From: Bryobacterales bacterium
Lineage (GTDB): Bacteria; Acidobacteriota; Terriglobia; Bryobacterales; Bryobacteraceae
Assembly: GCA_003170915.1 (NCBI GenBank)
Contig: PMYB01000053.1
Span: 23,921-87,920 of the forward strand
Direction of reading: 5' to 3'
Length of the DNA stretch: 64,000 nt
The position numbers and the translations under genes were made by a program. Positions 38,110 through 48,311 of the stretch are shown here, in pieces; the stretch's first letter is position 1, and the number at the start of each line of letters is the position of its first letter. The notes beneath the pieces were generated by a model. It ran no database searches and was not told the origin of the DNA. It was given only the letters and a program-made list of their open reading frames with translations.

Positions 38110-39600
38110 ATGTGGCTGGGCGTGGACGTTGGCACCGGGGGCACGCGCGCGCTCCTGGTGGATGGGCGCGGCGGCGTCCGCGCGGCCTCGACCGCTCCCC
38201 ACGAAGACATGCGGATGGAGCGCCCGCTGTGGGCCGAGCAACGCCCCGAGAACTGGTGGGATGCCTGCGTCGAAGCCATCCGCGGCGTGCTCGCCCAAGC
38301 CGGCGTCCCGGGCCGCCAGGTAAAAGGCATCGGCCTTTCCGGACAGATGCACGGCCTCGTGATCCTCGACAGCGCCAGCCGCGTGATCCGCCCCTCGCTG
38401 ATCTGGTGCGACCAGCGCAGCCAGGCGCAGGTGGACGCCGTCAACGCCAAAATCGGCCGCGAGAATATCCTGAAATTCACCGCCAACCCCGTGCTCACCG
38501 GCTTCACCCTGCCCAAGCTGCTGTGGGTCCGCGACAATGAGCCGCGGAATTTTGAGCGCGTGCGCAAGATGCTCCTGCCCAAGGACTACGTGCGCTTCAA
38601 GCTGACGGGCGAGTTCGCTACTGAAGTTTCCGATGCTTCGGGCACCGCCGTGTTCGACGTGGTCAACCGCCGCTGGTCGTTCGAAATGATGGACGGTCTC
38701 GGCCTCGACCGCGGCATCCTGCCGAAATGCTACGAGTCGAGCGAAGTGACGGGCCATGTAACGCCGCAGGTGGCGGACATCACCGGACTTCAGGCCGGCA
38801 CTCCGGTGGTGGGCGGCGGTGGAGACCAGGCATCCAGCGCAGTGGGCAATGGCATTGTGGAGGCGGGAACGGTTTCCTGCACGCTGGGCACCTCCGGCGT
38901 GGTGTTTGCCCACATGGAGAAGGTGGCGTACGACGGCGCCGGCCGCGTCCACACCTTTTGCCACGCGGTGCGCGACAAGTGGTACGTGATGGGCGTGACG
39001 CAGGGCGCCGGTCTGAGCCTGCAATGGTTCCGCAACCAGCTCGCACCCGGAACCGAGTACGACGCGCTCACCGCCGAAGCCGCGCAGTCACCGCCCGGCG
39101 CACAGGGTCTGTTCTGGCTGCCGTACCTGATGGGCGAGCGCACCCCGCACCTGGATGCCACCGCGCGCGGCGGCTGGATCGGCCTGACCGCCAGGCATAC
39201 GCGCGCGGATCTGATCCGCGCCGTGATCGAAGGCGTCTGCTACAGCCAGCGCGATTGCCTCGACATCATCGAGGCGCTGGGCGTGGCGGCGACCTCGGTG
39301 CGGGCCTCCGGCGGCGGCGCCAGGAGCGCCTTCTGGCGGCAGTTGCTGGCCGGCGTCTTGAACAAGCGCGTGGTGACGCTCGAAACCCAGGAAGGTTCGG
39401 CTTACGGCGCCGCGCTGCTGGCGCTGGTGGGAACAGGCGAGTACGCCTCCGTGGTGGAAGTGTGCCGCGCCGCTATCCGCGAAACCGAGTCGGTTTCCCC
39501 GAGCGCCGCCGATGCGGCATTTTACGAAAAGGCGCACAGAGTGTACCGGGCGCTGTACCCCGCGCTGAAGCCGGTTTACGGGCAGATCGCGGGGTTGTAA
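38110..39600 (+). CDS. xylB: Xylulokinase (FGGY carbohydrate kinase)
   Basis: 'MWLGVDVGTGGTRALLVD', 'GLSGQMHGLV', 'WCDQRS', 'GGGDQASSAVGNG' and 'ASGGGARSAFWRQLLA' are FGGY/XylB signatures. Confidence 0.85.
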   Translation: MWLGVDVGTGGTRALLVDGRGGVRAASTAPHEDMRMERPLWAEQRPENWWDACVEAIRGVLAQAGVPGRQVKGIGLSGQMHGLVILDSASRVIRPSLIWCDQRSQAQVDAVNAKIGRENILKFTANPVLTGFTLPKLLWVRDNEPRNFERVRKMLLPKDYVRFKLTGEFATEVSDASGTAVFDVVNRRWSFEMMDGLGLDRGILPKCYESSEVTGHVTPQVADITGLQAGTPVVGGGGDQASSAVGNGIVEAGTVSCTLGTSGVVFAHMEKVAYDGAGRVHTFCHAVRDKWYVMGVTQGAGLSLQWFRNQLAPGTEYDALTAEAAQSPPGAQGLFWLPYLMGERTPHLDATARGGWIGLTARHTRADLIRAVIEGVCYSQRDCLDIIEALGVAATSVRASGGGARSAFWRQLLAGVLNKRVVTLETQEGSAYGAALLALVGTGEYASVVEVCRAAIRETESVSPSAADAAFYEKAHRVYRALYPALKPVYGQIAGL

Positions 39601-39615
39601 CGCCGGCTGGCTTGT

Positions 39616-39638
39616 GGGGCCGGATGGCATCCGGCCCC
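39616..39638 (+). terminator. GC-rich hairpin downstream of xylB (candidate terminator, no U-tract)
   Basis: GGGGCCGGAT-GGC-ATCCGGCCCC is a perfect 10-bp stem with a 3-nt loop, 16 nt after the xylB stop. Confidence 0.4.
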
Positions 39639-39667
39639 GCAATCGCTGACGCGCCTATACTCGAATC

Positions 39668-39880
39668 ATGCCTCTCGGCCGCCTGCTGATCACGCTCGGC
39701 ATCGTGCTGGTCGCGGCCGGCCTGCTGGTCACCTTCGCCGGGCGGTTGCCTGTCAGGCTCGGCCGGCTGCCCGGCGACATCTACATACACGGCAGGAACT
39801 CTAGCTTCTACTTTCCGCTGACCACCTGTATCGTGCTCAGCGCGCTGTTTTCGCTGGTACTGTGGATCTTGCGAAAGTGA
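39668..39880 (+). CDS. DUF2905-like small membrane protein
   Basis: 70 aa with two TM helices and the central 'LGRLPGDIYI...FYFPLTTCI' motif characteristic of DUF2905. Confidence 0.75.
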   Translation: MPLGRLLITLGIVLVAAGLLVTFAGRLPVRLGRLPGDIYIHGRNSSFYFPLTTCIVLSALFSLVLWILRK

Positions 39881-39881
39881 G

Positions 39882-40454
39882 TTACCTGAGACGGCCCATC
39901 TTCTCCAGGGGCCAGTAGACAAACACGGCTTTGCCGTAGATGTCTTTGCGCTTGACATATCCCCAGGTGCGGCTGTCGCTCGAGGACATGCGGTGGTCGC
40001 CCAGGACGAAATAGCTGTCGCGAGGCACCCGCTCGGGTCCCCACGAGACGCGGTCTCGGTACTCTTCCGGGACATAATCCTCCAGCAGCGGGCGGCCGTT
40101 CACAATCACGTGGCCGGCGTCGATTCTCACGGTGTCGCCAGGCAGGCCAATCACCCGCTTGATGTAGGATTTGGCCGGATCGGGAGGCCACCAGAACACC
40201 ACCGTATCGCCGCGCTCGACGCTGCCCAGGCCGAAGCGATAGGTGAACTTGTTGATGAAGATGCGCTCCTGGTCGGCCAGCGCGGGCATCATGCTGGTGC
40301 CTTCCACCTTGACTGGCTGGTAGATGAACACAATCAGAATGACCGCGATCATCACCGAAAACGCCAGGTCGCGCACCCAGGCAAGCGCGCTCCAGATGGT
40401 GGAGCGGGCCGGCGTCGCGCCAAGGGAAGGATCTGAGCCGTGGTTTTCCTGCAT
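39882..40454 (-). CDS. lepB: Signal peptidase I
   Basis: 'VEGTSMMPAL' (catalytic Ser box), 'YIKRVIGLPGD' and 'VLGDHRMSSSDSR' are the S26 boxes. Confidence 0.9.
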   Translation of the reverse strand: MQENHGSDPSLGATPARSTIWSALAWVRDLAFSVMIAVILIVFIYQPVKVEGTSMMPALADQERIFINKFTYRFGLGSVERGDTVVFWWPPDPAKSYIKRVIGLPGDTVRIDAGHVIVNGRPLLEDYVPEEYRDRVSWGPERVPRDSYFVLGDHRMSSSDSRTWGYVKRKDIYGKAVFVYWPLEKMGRLR

Positions 40455-40476
40455 CCCTGCTTCTATTTTACGCGCA

Positions 40477-42234
40477 TTACGGCGTCAGCAGACGTGTCAG
40501 AGCCGGCAGCGGCACAGCCCCTTCTTTGAGCGCCCAGTCGTTGAAGTCGGATTGGCTGGACGATGCGTGCCTCCGCTTGTATTGGTCGCGAACGTGCAGC
40601 CAGTCGCTCCAGCCGACAAAATACATCGGCAACTGGCAAGAGGAGAGCTTGGCGCGCTGCAGCTTTTCGGTGGCCTCTTCCGCTTCCTGGAACGTCTGCT
40701 TCTCCATCAGGTCGAGAGCCTCCTGGTCGGTCATGTTGAGCATATGCAGGCGGACGTCCAGAATGGCGTTGGCAATCACCCGCAGTTTCTCTTTGGCGAA
40801 GGTAAGCGCCATTTCCGGCGAGCGGGCCAGGAAACCTTCATCGAGCATCGCCTGAGTGGCATACTCGCCCCAGCCTTCGATGTAAGGACCGTTGCCGAAG
40901 ACCGATCGCAGCAGGCGCCGGCTCTCGGGCTGGACGTTGTTGGCGATCTCCATCTGCACGTAGTGGCCGGGCATGGCTTCGTGGATGGTGAGCAGCTTGA
41001 GCTTGTAATAGTTGTACTCGCGCAGTTTGGATTCGACGCGCTCCTTGGGCCAGTCGGCGGGAATGGGCGTGACCCAGTAGAAGGCGCCCAACTGCGGCTC
41101 GAGCGCCGGCGCGGCCGAAAAACCGCCCACCGAATAGACGCCGCGCATGAACTCGGGCGTCGGAATCACCTGGAGATTCCCGCGCGTGGGAAGCGTGAGC
41201 AGGCGCTTCTGTTCGACGAAGGCGCGCGCTTCGGCCAGATCCTGGCGCGCATCGTCCATATAGGATTCGCGCGTGGAATGGCGCTCCGCGATCTTGGCCA
41301 ACACCTCGCCGATCACCTGGTTCTCGCGGGCGGCGCCGGAAAGCTCGGCGTGGTCCTTGTGAGCCGGCGCCAACTGCCGGTGGAGCGGCAGGGCCAGCTC
41401 GAGCATTTCCGCACGCACGCGCACCAGCTCGCGCTCGGCCATCTGCAACATGGTGTCGGCCTCGACGCCGCTTTCCAGCGTGAACCGGAACTTGCGCATG
41501 TACCGGTCGCTGGTCATGCGCCAGCCGGTGTCGTCGCGGCCGGAGAGGCTGTTCTTGAGATAATCCTGGAACTTGCGCATGGCGTCCAGCGCCGACAGCG
41601 CAGCCAGGTTGTAGGCGTCGCGCAGATCCGGCGGCACGGCGGCGCGGATGGTCTTGTCCACCAGGGCGATGTTGCCCTCGTTCTCTTCCATCGCCACCTT
41701 GGTCCATATGCCGGGCGAGGAGGTCAGGTTGGTGCTGGCCTGGTCGAAGAAGAATGACGCCTTCTGCAGCCGCGCAATAATGTTGCGCATGCGCTCCGCC
41801 TGGGGCGCATACTCCAGAACAAATGGGCTGAACAGCGCGTTCCCCATCGTCTCCACATAAAGAGTGGGGTTGTGGAGATGGCTATGCAACTCGTTCAAAT
41901 CGAGCAGCGCGAGCGAGGCCTGATCCCGCAGAATGTTCAAATCGGCCTGGTCCTCGCCGGTGAGTCGATTGACTTTGAGCGCATCCAGCCGCTCGCGAAA
42001 ATGTTCGTAGTAACGTCGCTGCCTGTCGAGATTCTCCGGACTCGTGTCGTCCAGCAGGTTGTCGAGATTCTGGCCCTCGTACTGGTGTAGGCCCACGCTG
42101 GTCGCCGTGGCAGGCGAGAAGGCCAGCGTGGTGTGGACAAACTCATCCGAGAGACGGGCGAGCTGGCCGGAAGGGTTCCGGCTGCAACCGGCAGCGAACA
42201 AAACTATGGGAAGGATTGCAACAAGTTTCGCCAT
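40477..42234 (-). CDS. DUF885 family lipoprotein
   Basis: Lipobox 'VLFAAGCS'. 'IHEAMPGHYVQ' and 'EGWGEYATQ' are DUF885-type motifs. Confidence 0.8.
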   Translation of the reverse strand: MAKLVAILPIVLFAAGCSRNPSGQLARLSDEFVHTTLAFSPATATSVGLHQYEGQNLDNLLDDTSPENLDRQRRYYEHFRERLDALKVNRLTGEDQADLNILRDQASLALLDLNELHSHLHNPTLYVETMGNALFSPFVLEYAPQAERMRNIIARLQKASFFFDQASTNLTSSPGIWTKVAMEENEGNIALVDKTIRAAVPPDLRDAYNLAALSALDAMRKFQDYLKNSLSGRDDTGWRMTSDRYMRKFRFTLESGVEADTMLQMAERELVRVRAEMLELALPLHRQLAPAHKDHAELSGAARENQVIGEVLAKIAERHSTRESYMDDARQDLAEARAFVEQKRLLTLPTRGNLQVIPTPEFMRGVYSVGGFSAAPALEPQLGAFYWVTPIPADWPKERVESKLREYNYYKLKLLTIHEAMPGHYVQMEIANNVQPESRRLLRSVFGNGPYIEGWGEYATQAMLDEGFLARSPEMALTFAKEKLRVIANAILDVRLHMLNMTDQEALDLMEKQTFQEAEEATEKLQRAKLSSCQLPMYFVGWSDWLHVRDQYKRRHASSSQSDFNDWALKEGAVPLPALTRLLTP

Positions 42235-42251
42235 CGTTGCAATTGTACTGC

Positions 42252-42476
42252 TTATCCCGCGGCCACGCGCGCGCGATGACGGAGGAACGGCGCCGGCGCC
42301 GAAACCGGCTGTGTTCGCTGCCTGCGCTCGATCCGGGAGTTCTCGCGCATCACCTTGGCGCGCTCCGAGAAGGCCTGCCGCGCCTCAACGCGCTGGCCGA
42401 TGAGGCAGCCCCAAAGGAGGGCGACCGATAGCGCAATCGCCGACAAGCCCTGTCCTGTAATCTTAATGATCGGCAT
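42252..42476 (-). CDS. Hypothetical small membrane-anchored protein
   Basis: 74-aa ORF filling the gap between rpoD and the DUF885 gene on the same strand. It has one hydrophobic helix, 'LSAIALSVALLWGCLIG'. No recognised family. Confidence 0.4.
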   Translation of the reverse strand: MPIIKITGQGLSAIALSVALLWGCLIGQRVEARQAFSERAKVMRENSRIERRQRTQPVSAPAPFLRHRARVAAG

Positions 42477-42605
42477 CCGCCGCTCCTCCTTAGGCCAGTC
42501 CCGAGAGCAATCCGCCTGCCAGAGAAGATGTCCTTTGTTATCAGACGGGTCTTCCCGGGAAATGTGAGCCAGCTATGCCACATCCGGGCAGAAATTGCAC
42601 TGAGA

Positions 42606-44141
42606 TTATCGGGCGGCCATCAGCGCGCGCAAGCGGCGGGCGCGTTCCGGGGCGCGCAACTGCCGCAGCGCTTTGGCCTCAATCTGGCGAATGCGCTCGC
42701 GCGTGACGTCAAATTCCTGGCCGATCTCTTCCAGCGTGTGCTCGCGCTCACAGCCGATCCCGAACCGCATCCGGATTACTTTCTCCTCCTTCGGGGAAAG
42801 CGTCTTCAGAATGCCGGCGGTTTCATCGCGAACATTGGATTCGATGACGGAATCGACCGGTGAACCAACCCAACGGTCCTCGATCAGATCGCCGAGTGCC
42901 GATTCGCCGTCGCGGCCGACGGGGGTCTCGAGCGAAACCGGATCCCTGGAGATGGTTTTCAGCTTCTGCACCTTCTCCACCGGGATGTCCATCCGGCGCC
43001 CAATTTCGTCATTTGTAGGAGTACGGCCGAGTTCTTTCTCCAGCTCGCGCGTCGCCCGCAGGAACTTGTTCATGCTTTCGTTCATGTGGACGGGAATACG
43101 GATGGTCCGGGACTGGTCGGCGATGGCGCGCGTGATAGCCTGGCGAATCCACCACGTGGCATAAGTCGAGAACTTGTAGCCACGCCGGTATTCGAACTTG
43201 TCGGCGGCGCGCATCAGGCCGATATTGCCTTCCTGAATGAGGTCGAGCAGGTGAAGTCCGCGGTTCACGTATTTCTTGGCTACGGAAACCACCAGGCGGA
43301 GGTTGGCTTCCACCAAGTCCTTCTTGGCGCGCTCAGCTTCGGCTTCGCCATGACGGATCACGGTGAGGGTGTGCTTCAACTCGGGCAGGGTGGCGCCGGC
43401 TGTGGCTTCGCGTTTCCGCAATTCGCGTTTCAATTCCCGCGCGCGTACCTGCTGCACGGGGTTGTTCCTGGCTTCGAGCTTCTTGATCTCGCTATCGAGG
43501 TGGCTGATTTCATCCACAGCGCGGTCGATTTCGCGGGAGAACTCCTTCCATTTGATGAGCCTGAACGGAACGCGGCGAATCGCCAGAGAGGTTTCTACCT
43601 TGGCGCGATCCAGCTTTGCGCACAGCCGCTTGCGGGGCTTCTTGTTGGAGGCGGGGGTATTCTCCACCCGGTCCTGCAATTGCTGGAGCTTCTTGTAGAG
43701 GGTGGCCACATCGGCGAACTGTTTGGCCGCGTCAGCCCGGACCTTAAGATCGGCGGGAGATCCTTCCTCGACATCCCCCAGATCCGCGATGCTTTCGACT
43801 TCGATGGTCGCCTTCTTCAACTGATCGGCCAGGTCGACGACCACATGCTGCACCAGGGCGGAGCGGCTAATCGCCTTCTGCATCCGTAGCTTACCGCGCT
43901 CCATGCGGCGTGCCAGGTCGACTTCGCCCTCACGCGTGAGGAGCGGAACGGCGCCCATCTCACGAAGGTACACGCGGACGGGATCGTCCGTGTAAATGGA
44001 TTCCTCCACCGGCACGGGGTGCAGGAAATCGGCTTCGTGTACGGCCTCGGGATCGAAGAACTTAGCTTCATCCTCAAAATTAAGGCCTAGGGTTTCAGGG
44101 TTGTCCGCTAGAAACTGATCTTCAAAATGGTCCACTAACAC
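42606..44141 (-). CDS. rpoD: RNA polymerase sigma-70 factor RpoD
   Basis: '[11 protein letters not shown]', '[43 protein letters not shown]' and '[25 protein letters not shown]' are regions 1.2, 2 and 4. Confidence 0.95.
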   Translation of the reverse strand: MLVDHFEDQFLADNPETLGLNFEDEAKFFDPEAVHEADFLHPVPVEESIYTDDPVRVYLREMGAVPLLTREGEVDLARRMERGKLRMQKAISRSALVQHVVVDLADQLKKATIEVESIADLGDVEEGSPADLKVRADAAKQFADVATLYKKLQQLQDRVENTPASNKKPRKRLCAKLDRAKVETSLAIRRVPFRLIKWKEFSREIDRAVDEISHLDSEIKKLEARNNPVQQVRARELKRELRKREATAGATLPELKHTLTVIRHGEAEAERAKKDLVEANLRLVVSVAKKYVNRGLHLLDLIQEGNIGLMRAADKFEYRRGYKFSTYATWWIRQAITRAIADQSRTIRIPVHMNESMNKFLRATRELEKELGRTPTNDEIGRRMDIPVEKVQKLKTISRDPVSLETPVGRDGESALGDLIEDRWVGSPVDSVIESNVRDETAGILKTLSPKEEKVIRMRFGIGCEREHTLEEIGQEFDVTRERIRQIEAKALRQLRAPERARRLRALMAAR

Positions 44142-44384
44142 TCACCTCCCCCATGGACACGCGATCCATTACATGGAAGTGCCTGGAAAATGGGGTACTA
44201 CCTGAAAAAAGCCCGACCGGCTGGTCCCGCCCCAAGTGTTGAGAAGATCGGCGGCATTCGGGGTTTGACTTTCAACTGATGATATCATCATTCCCCAATA
44301 AAGTTAAGCTCTATTTTTAAGGATGTCATAAAACTGATTAGGTTACATGAAGTTTGGGAGCATGGCTGGCGGGTCGCCGGGATC

Positions 44385-44846
44385 TCACGTCAACTTGTGC
44401 CGCATGAGGTTCTTGAGCTCGTTGAAGAATGCCTGCTCATCCTGAAAATCCCGGTATACCGACGCAAATCGTACATAGGCGATCTTGTCGATCTCCCGGA
44501 GGGTGTCCATCAGGAATTCTCCTATTTCTGTAGTTGATATCTCACGATCCGGCGAATCGCTCACCTTGGATTCGACCTGGTTGACCAGTTCGGCAAGCCT
44601 GGCCATGCCCACGGGGCGCTTTTCACAGGCTTTCAGCAGGCCTGCGAGCACCTTTTGACGGTCGAACTTCTCGCGGCGCCCGTCCTTCTTGATGACCATG
44701 TAAGGGACTTCGTCGATGCGTTCATAAGTGGTGAACCGGCGGTCGCATTCGAGACATTCCCGGCGGCGGCGGATGGCGTCACCCTCCTTACTCTCCCGGG
44801 AATCCACCACCTTATCGTGCATGTGATTGCAAAATGGACATTTCAT
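44385..44846 (-). CDS. nrdR: Transcriptional repressor NrdR
   Basis: 'MKCPFCNH...KVVDSRE......RRRRECLECDRRFTTYE' is the zinc ribbon, followed by an ATP-cone. Confidence 0.95.
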   Translation of the reverse strand: MKCPFCNHMHDKVVDSRESKEGDAIRRRRECLECDRRFTTYERIDEVPYMVIKKDGRREKFDRQKVLAGLLKACEKRPVGMARLAELVNQVESKVSDSPDREISTTEIGEFLMDTLREIDKIAYVRFASVYRDFQDEQAFFNELKNLMRHKLT

Positions 44847-45967
44847 GCAGACGTCTCCCGGCTAATCCGTCGCAGGCTATGCCAATCCAGCCCCTCCTTG
44901 AGGGCCAGGCCCAAGCCAACGGGAACAACTGCTACAAATGTAATAATCCAAACCAGCATGGCAAACGCAGTGGCCACTTCCAGTTTCACCGCAAACAATT
45001 CCGTCAGAACCACGATCGAAACGACCTGCATGCCGCCGCCGATCCCAGGTATTTGGATGATGGTTCCAAACGAAACAAACCCCAGCAACACCAGAACATC
45101 TATAAAGCTAAGACTTGCGCCAAAAAAAGACCGGGCCAGGCACTCGTAGCAAGCGGCGATCAGCGCCCATTCTACCACCGAGTACATGAGGACCAGCAGC
45201 AGTGCGCCGTCGCTGTGTGTCGATTCCGCGCCTTGCATAAAGGTGTTCACAAGCTTCTCAAACTTCAGGAAGCGCGCCTCGGGGAGAAGGCGCAGCCCGG
45301 CGACGAGGCGCCGCCCGATGGGCTCGGCGAAGTGGCGCAACGACAGCAGAACGGCCAGCAAGGCCACGGAGGCGAACGCCGCAAGCCTGCCGCCGACGGC
45401 CAGGACCCCGGCCAGCCTTGGCCCCACATGAACGCCCGAGGCGTGTACGCGCGTCAACGCAAAGCCGAAAATCAGCAGCGCCATCAGGAGGTCGAAGATG
45501 CGCTCCAGGAACCATGCGGCGAACTGGGAACTGACGGGCACACGCTCCTTGACGGCAATCAGATAAGGCCGCACCAGCTCACCGGGGCGTCCAAACAGGG
45601 TGACGGCGGCGAACCCGATCACAGTGGCCGAGAGCAGGTTGCGGATAGATGGGCGGGCCTTCAAGGGCTTGAGGAACACCGCCCAGCGCAGCGCGCGGCC
45701 GTAATAGCTGGCGGCGGCCATCGCCAGAGAGAGCAGCAGCCAGGGCCAGTTGAGCCGCGCGAGGGCGGCGGCAGCCAGGTTCCAATCAAAGCCCCGGAGC
45801 GGCGAATGCGCGCCGAGGAGCCACACCACCAGGGTGCCGGCGAGCACGGCGCCGGCCACCCATTTCCACGCATGACGGCGAATCGATCTTCCTCCCCCGG
45901 AAGCGCCCCAAAAAAGCTGGCGTGCCGGAAAGATTGAACCTATCATGATAATGCCTCGTTTCTCCAT
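44843..45967 (-). CDS. UPF0104 / lysylphosphatidylglycerol-synthase-TM-region-like flippase-type membrane protein
   Basis: 374-aa polytopic ORF. Multiple TM helices and the 'RALRWAVFLKPL' region are typical of TIGR00374-like proteins. ATGA-type overlap with nrdR. An alternative start is at 45946. Confidence 0.75.
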   Translation of the reverse strand: MEKRGIIMIGSIFPARQLFWGASGGGRSIRRHAWKWVAGAVLAGTLVVWLLGAHSPLRGFDWNLAAAALARLNWPWLLLSLAMAAASYYGRALRWAVFLKPLKARPSIRNLLSATVIGFAAVTLFGRPGELVRPYLIAVKERVPVSSQFAAWFLERIFDLLMALLIFGFALTRVHASGVHVGPRLAGVLAVGGRLAAFASVALLAVLLSLRHFAEPIGRRLVAGLRLLPEARFLKFEKLVNTFMQGAESTHSDGALLLVLMYSVVEWALIAACYECLARSFFGASLSFIDVLVLLGFVSFGTIIQIPGIGGGMQVVSIVVLTELFAVKLEVATAFAMLVWIITFVAVVPVGLGLALKEGLDWHSLRRISRETSA

Positions 45968-45984
45968 ATGAAAGAACGAGTGCC

Positions 45985-46665
45985 ATGGCCGCCACGACGT
46001 TAGCTTTTGGGATTTTCGAAAACCACACAGCCGGCGGCCGCATTTTGAATGGCGTGGTGGGTATTCACGGAAGCCACAATCTGGTAGAACGGAGCTTGGG
46101 CCCGGTTCACAGCCTCGTTTCGAGATGCCTGAGCGGCGACGAAGCCGCCTGGGAGGATCTGGTGCGGCAGCACACCCGGCAGGTCTACGGACTCTGCTAC
46201 CGCTTCACCGGCAGCGGCGCGGAAGCGCAGGACCTGACGCAGGAAGTGTTTCTCCGGGTGTTCCGGACGCTGAAGACGTTTCGCTCGGCGGAGGGGTCGT
46301 TCGGTACGTGGCTGGCGAGGGTGGCGCGTAACCTTTTGATCGATCACTATCGCCGCACTCGTCAGGAACGCGTGACGGATCCGATCGAAGACCAGCTCAC
46401 CGTACTGGAGGAAAAGGGCGCCACGGCGTCGGAGCGTCCGGACCATGCGGTAGCCGGCCGGGAGGCCAGTGAAATCCTGCAGGCGGCGCTGCAGAAGCTC
46501 TCGCCGGATTTGCGGGAGGCGGTGATCCTGCGCGACTTGCAGGAGATGGAATACCGCGAGATCGCCGAAGTGCTGAGGATTCCCGAAGGCACGGTGAAAT
46601 CGCGAATCAATCGGGGCCGGGCCGAGCTGGCCCGGCTGCTGCGAAGGCAGAAGCTGGTGGTATGA
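45985..46665 (+). CDS. ECF-type sigma-70 family factor
   Basis: 'GDEAAWEDLVRQHTRQVYGLCYRF...AQDLTQEVFLRVFR' is region 2, and 'DLQEMEYREIAEVLRIPEGTVKSRINRGRAEL' is region 4. The true start is probably downstream (GTG at 46054 or 46057), because the divergent gene starts only ~20-40 bp away. Confidence 0.85.
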   Translation: MAATTLAFGIFENHTAGGRILNGVVGIHGSHNLVERSLGPVHSLVSRCLSGDEAAWEDLVRQHTRQVYGLCYRFTGSGAEAQDLTQEVFLRVFRTLKTFRSAEGSFGTWLARVARNLLIDHYRRTRQERVTDPIEDQLTVLEEKGATASERPDHAVAGREASEILQAALQKLSPDLREAVILRDLQEMEYREIAEVLRIPEGTVKSRINRGRAELARLLRRQKLVV

Positions 46666-47327
46666 ACTGCGCAGACGTTGAAATCCTGATCTGCGATTAC
46701 CTGGACGGCACGCTTGCGGCGGAGCGGAAGTCCGCGGTGGAGCGCCACCTGGCCCAATGCCCGGCGTGCGCCAAGCTGGCGCGGGACTCCGCCGCCGCGG
46801 TGGCGTTCATGGAGCGCGCCGCCGATGTCGAGCCTCCGCCGGAGCTGATCACGCGCATTCTGTTCGATGCGCCGTGGAGCAAGAACAGGACCAAGCCGAA
46901 GGGCGCGCGAGGCTGGATGGCGGGGATTCTCAGCCCGATTCTGCAGCCGCGGTTCGCCATGGGTATGGCGATGACCATTCTTTCGCTGGCGTTGCTGGCG
47001 CGGTTCGTGGCGCCCGTGCGGCAGTTGAAAATGTCGGACCTGGAGCCGGCCGAGGTGTGGGCGGGGCTCGAGGACCGCGCCTACCGAGCCTGGGGGCGTA
47101 CGGTAAAGTTTTACGACAACCTGAAGTTCGTTTACCAGATTCAAACCACCCTGCGGGAATGGCAGCAGCAGGGCGAAGATCGGCAGTCCGCTCCCGTTCA
47201 GGAGGCTCCCGAACGGAAAACGGACGAGCATAAGCTGCCAGTCAAAGCCACTCCGGACCAGGGGGGCGCCTTGGGCGCCGCAACCGGCGGAGGGCCAGCT
47301 ACGAATCCCTCGGGGGGATCGCATTAA
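46662..47327 (+). CDS. zf-HC2 anti-sigma factor, single-pass membrane
   Basis: ATGA overlap with the sigma gene. 'VERHLAQCPACAKL' is the H-x3-C-x2-C motif, and 'MGMAMTILSLALLARFV' is one TM helix. Confidence 0.8.
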   Translation: MNCADVEILICDYLDGTLAAERKSAVERHLAQCPACAKLARDSAAAVAFMERAADVEPPPELITRILFDAPWSKNRTKPKGARGWMAGILSPILQPRFAMGMAMTILSLALLARFVAPVRQLKMSDLEPAEVWAGLEDRAYRAWGRTVKFYDNLKFVYQIQTTLREWQQQGEDRQSAPVQEAPERKTDEHKLPVKATPDQGGALGAATGGGPATNPSGGSH

Positions 47328-47338
47328 GGGGGTACGTT

Positions 47339-47989
47339 ATGAATTGTCAGAATCATACTGAGGTCCCGGCCACGGCATATTGCCGCACGTGCGGCAAGCC
47401 GATATGCGACGAATGCCGCCGCGACGCCTTCGGAACCGTCTATTGCGGGGAACATGCGCCCGCGCCGGCCGGGGAGCCGGCCGGGCCCGCGCCCGCCGCC
47501 CCGCCGCCGGGGTATGTCTACCCGGACGTCTCACCCGGCCTGGCTCTCTTTCTGGGCATGATCCCGGGAGTCGGCGCCATCTATAACGGCCAGTACGCCA
47601 AGGGGCTGGTACACGCCGTCATATGGGGCATTCTTATGAGCATTGCCAATTCGCGCGCGGCCCACGGCCTGGAACCGGTTTTCGTCATGCTGGTGCTGGC
47701 TTGGTGGGCCTACATGGCGTTCGAAGCGTATCACACCGCGCTCAAGCGCCGGAGAGGCGAACCGGTGGATGAATACTCCAGCCTGGTGGACCTGCGGGGC
47801 CGGCCGAACCAGGTTCCGGTGGCGGGGGCCGCGCTCATTATCCTGGGTGTCCTGCTGCTGTTGCATACGCTCGACCTGCTGGACTTCGAGTACGTAGCGC
47901 GCTTCTGGCCGGTGCTGCTGATCGCAGCGGGGGCCTACCTGCTGTATAGCCGCTTTACGGGGAAGGAGGCGCGCCATGAACGGCAATAG
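47339..47989 (+). CDS. Membrane protein with an N-terminal B-box-like Cys/His zinc-finger
   Basis: 'CQNHTEVPATAYCRTCGKPICDECRR...VYCGEH' is a C/H cluster. It is followed by a Pro-rich linker, several TM helices and a terminal TM hairpin, 'GAALIILGVLLLLHTL...FWPVLLIAAGAYLL'. Confidence 0.75.
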   Translation: MNCQNHTEVPATAYCRTCGKPICDECRRDAFGTVYCGEHAPAPAGEPAGPAPAAPPPGYVYPDVSPGLALFLGMIPGVGAIYNGQYAKGLVHAVIWGILMSIANSRAAHGLEPVFVMLVLAWWAYMAFEAYHTALKRRRGEPVDEYSSLVDLRGRPNQVPVAGAALIILGVLLLLHTLDLLDFEYVARFWPVLLIAAGAYLLYSRFTGKEARHERQ

Positions 47990-48311
47990 CCATTCGACCA
48001 TCCGCGCCATCCGCGGGCCTGTCACGCTGATCACCATCGGCGTGCTGTTTGCGCTGAACAACTTTACCAGGTACGGCTTCGACCAGACGTGGCCGGTGAT
48101 CCTGATCGTGTTCGGGCTGCTGAGCCTGCTGCGGCGTGGCATGCAACCAACCGGTCCGGCCAACGCGCCGAACATGCCGCCACCACCGCCGTATAGCTAC
48201 CCGCCTCCGGGTGGTTACTCCCAGAGTCCGTATGCGGGCGGGCCCGCAAGCACGCCGGGCGCCCCGCCGCAATCGGGAGACGCCGGCGCCCCTCCAGGAG
48301 GCTCCGTATGA
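47976..48311 (+). CDS. Small membrane protein: TM hairpin plus Pro/Gly-rich tail
   Basis: 14-nt overlap with the upstream gene. 'GPVTLITIGVLFALNNF...TWPVILIVFGLLSLL' is the same hairpin motif as in its neighbours, followed by the 'PPPPPYSYPPPGGYSQSPY' tail. Confidence 0.65.
   Translation: MNGNSHSTIRAIRGPVTLITIGVLFALNNFTRYGFDQTWPVILIVFGLLSLLRRGMQPTGPANAPNMPPPPPYSYPPPGGYSQSPYAGGPASTPGAPPQSGDAGAPPGGSV

Noticed and set aside
42554-42588. Imperfect hairpin just downstream of the rpoD stop
   Set aside because: The stem is interrupted (5+5 bp with a bulge), there is no T-tract, and the next gene follows on the same strand. It is probably not a terminator.
44205-44235. Possible nrdR terminator (weak hairpin followed by T6 on the minus strand)
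   Set aside because: The stem is only ~4 bp with mismatches. That is not convincing as an intrinsic terminator.
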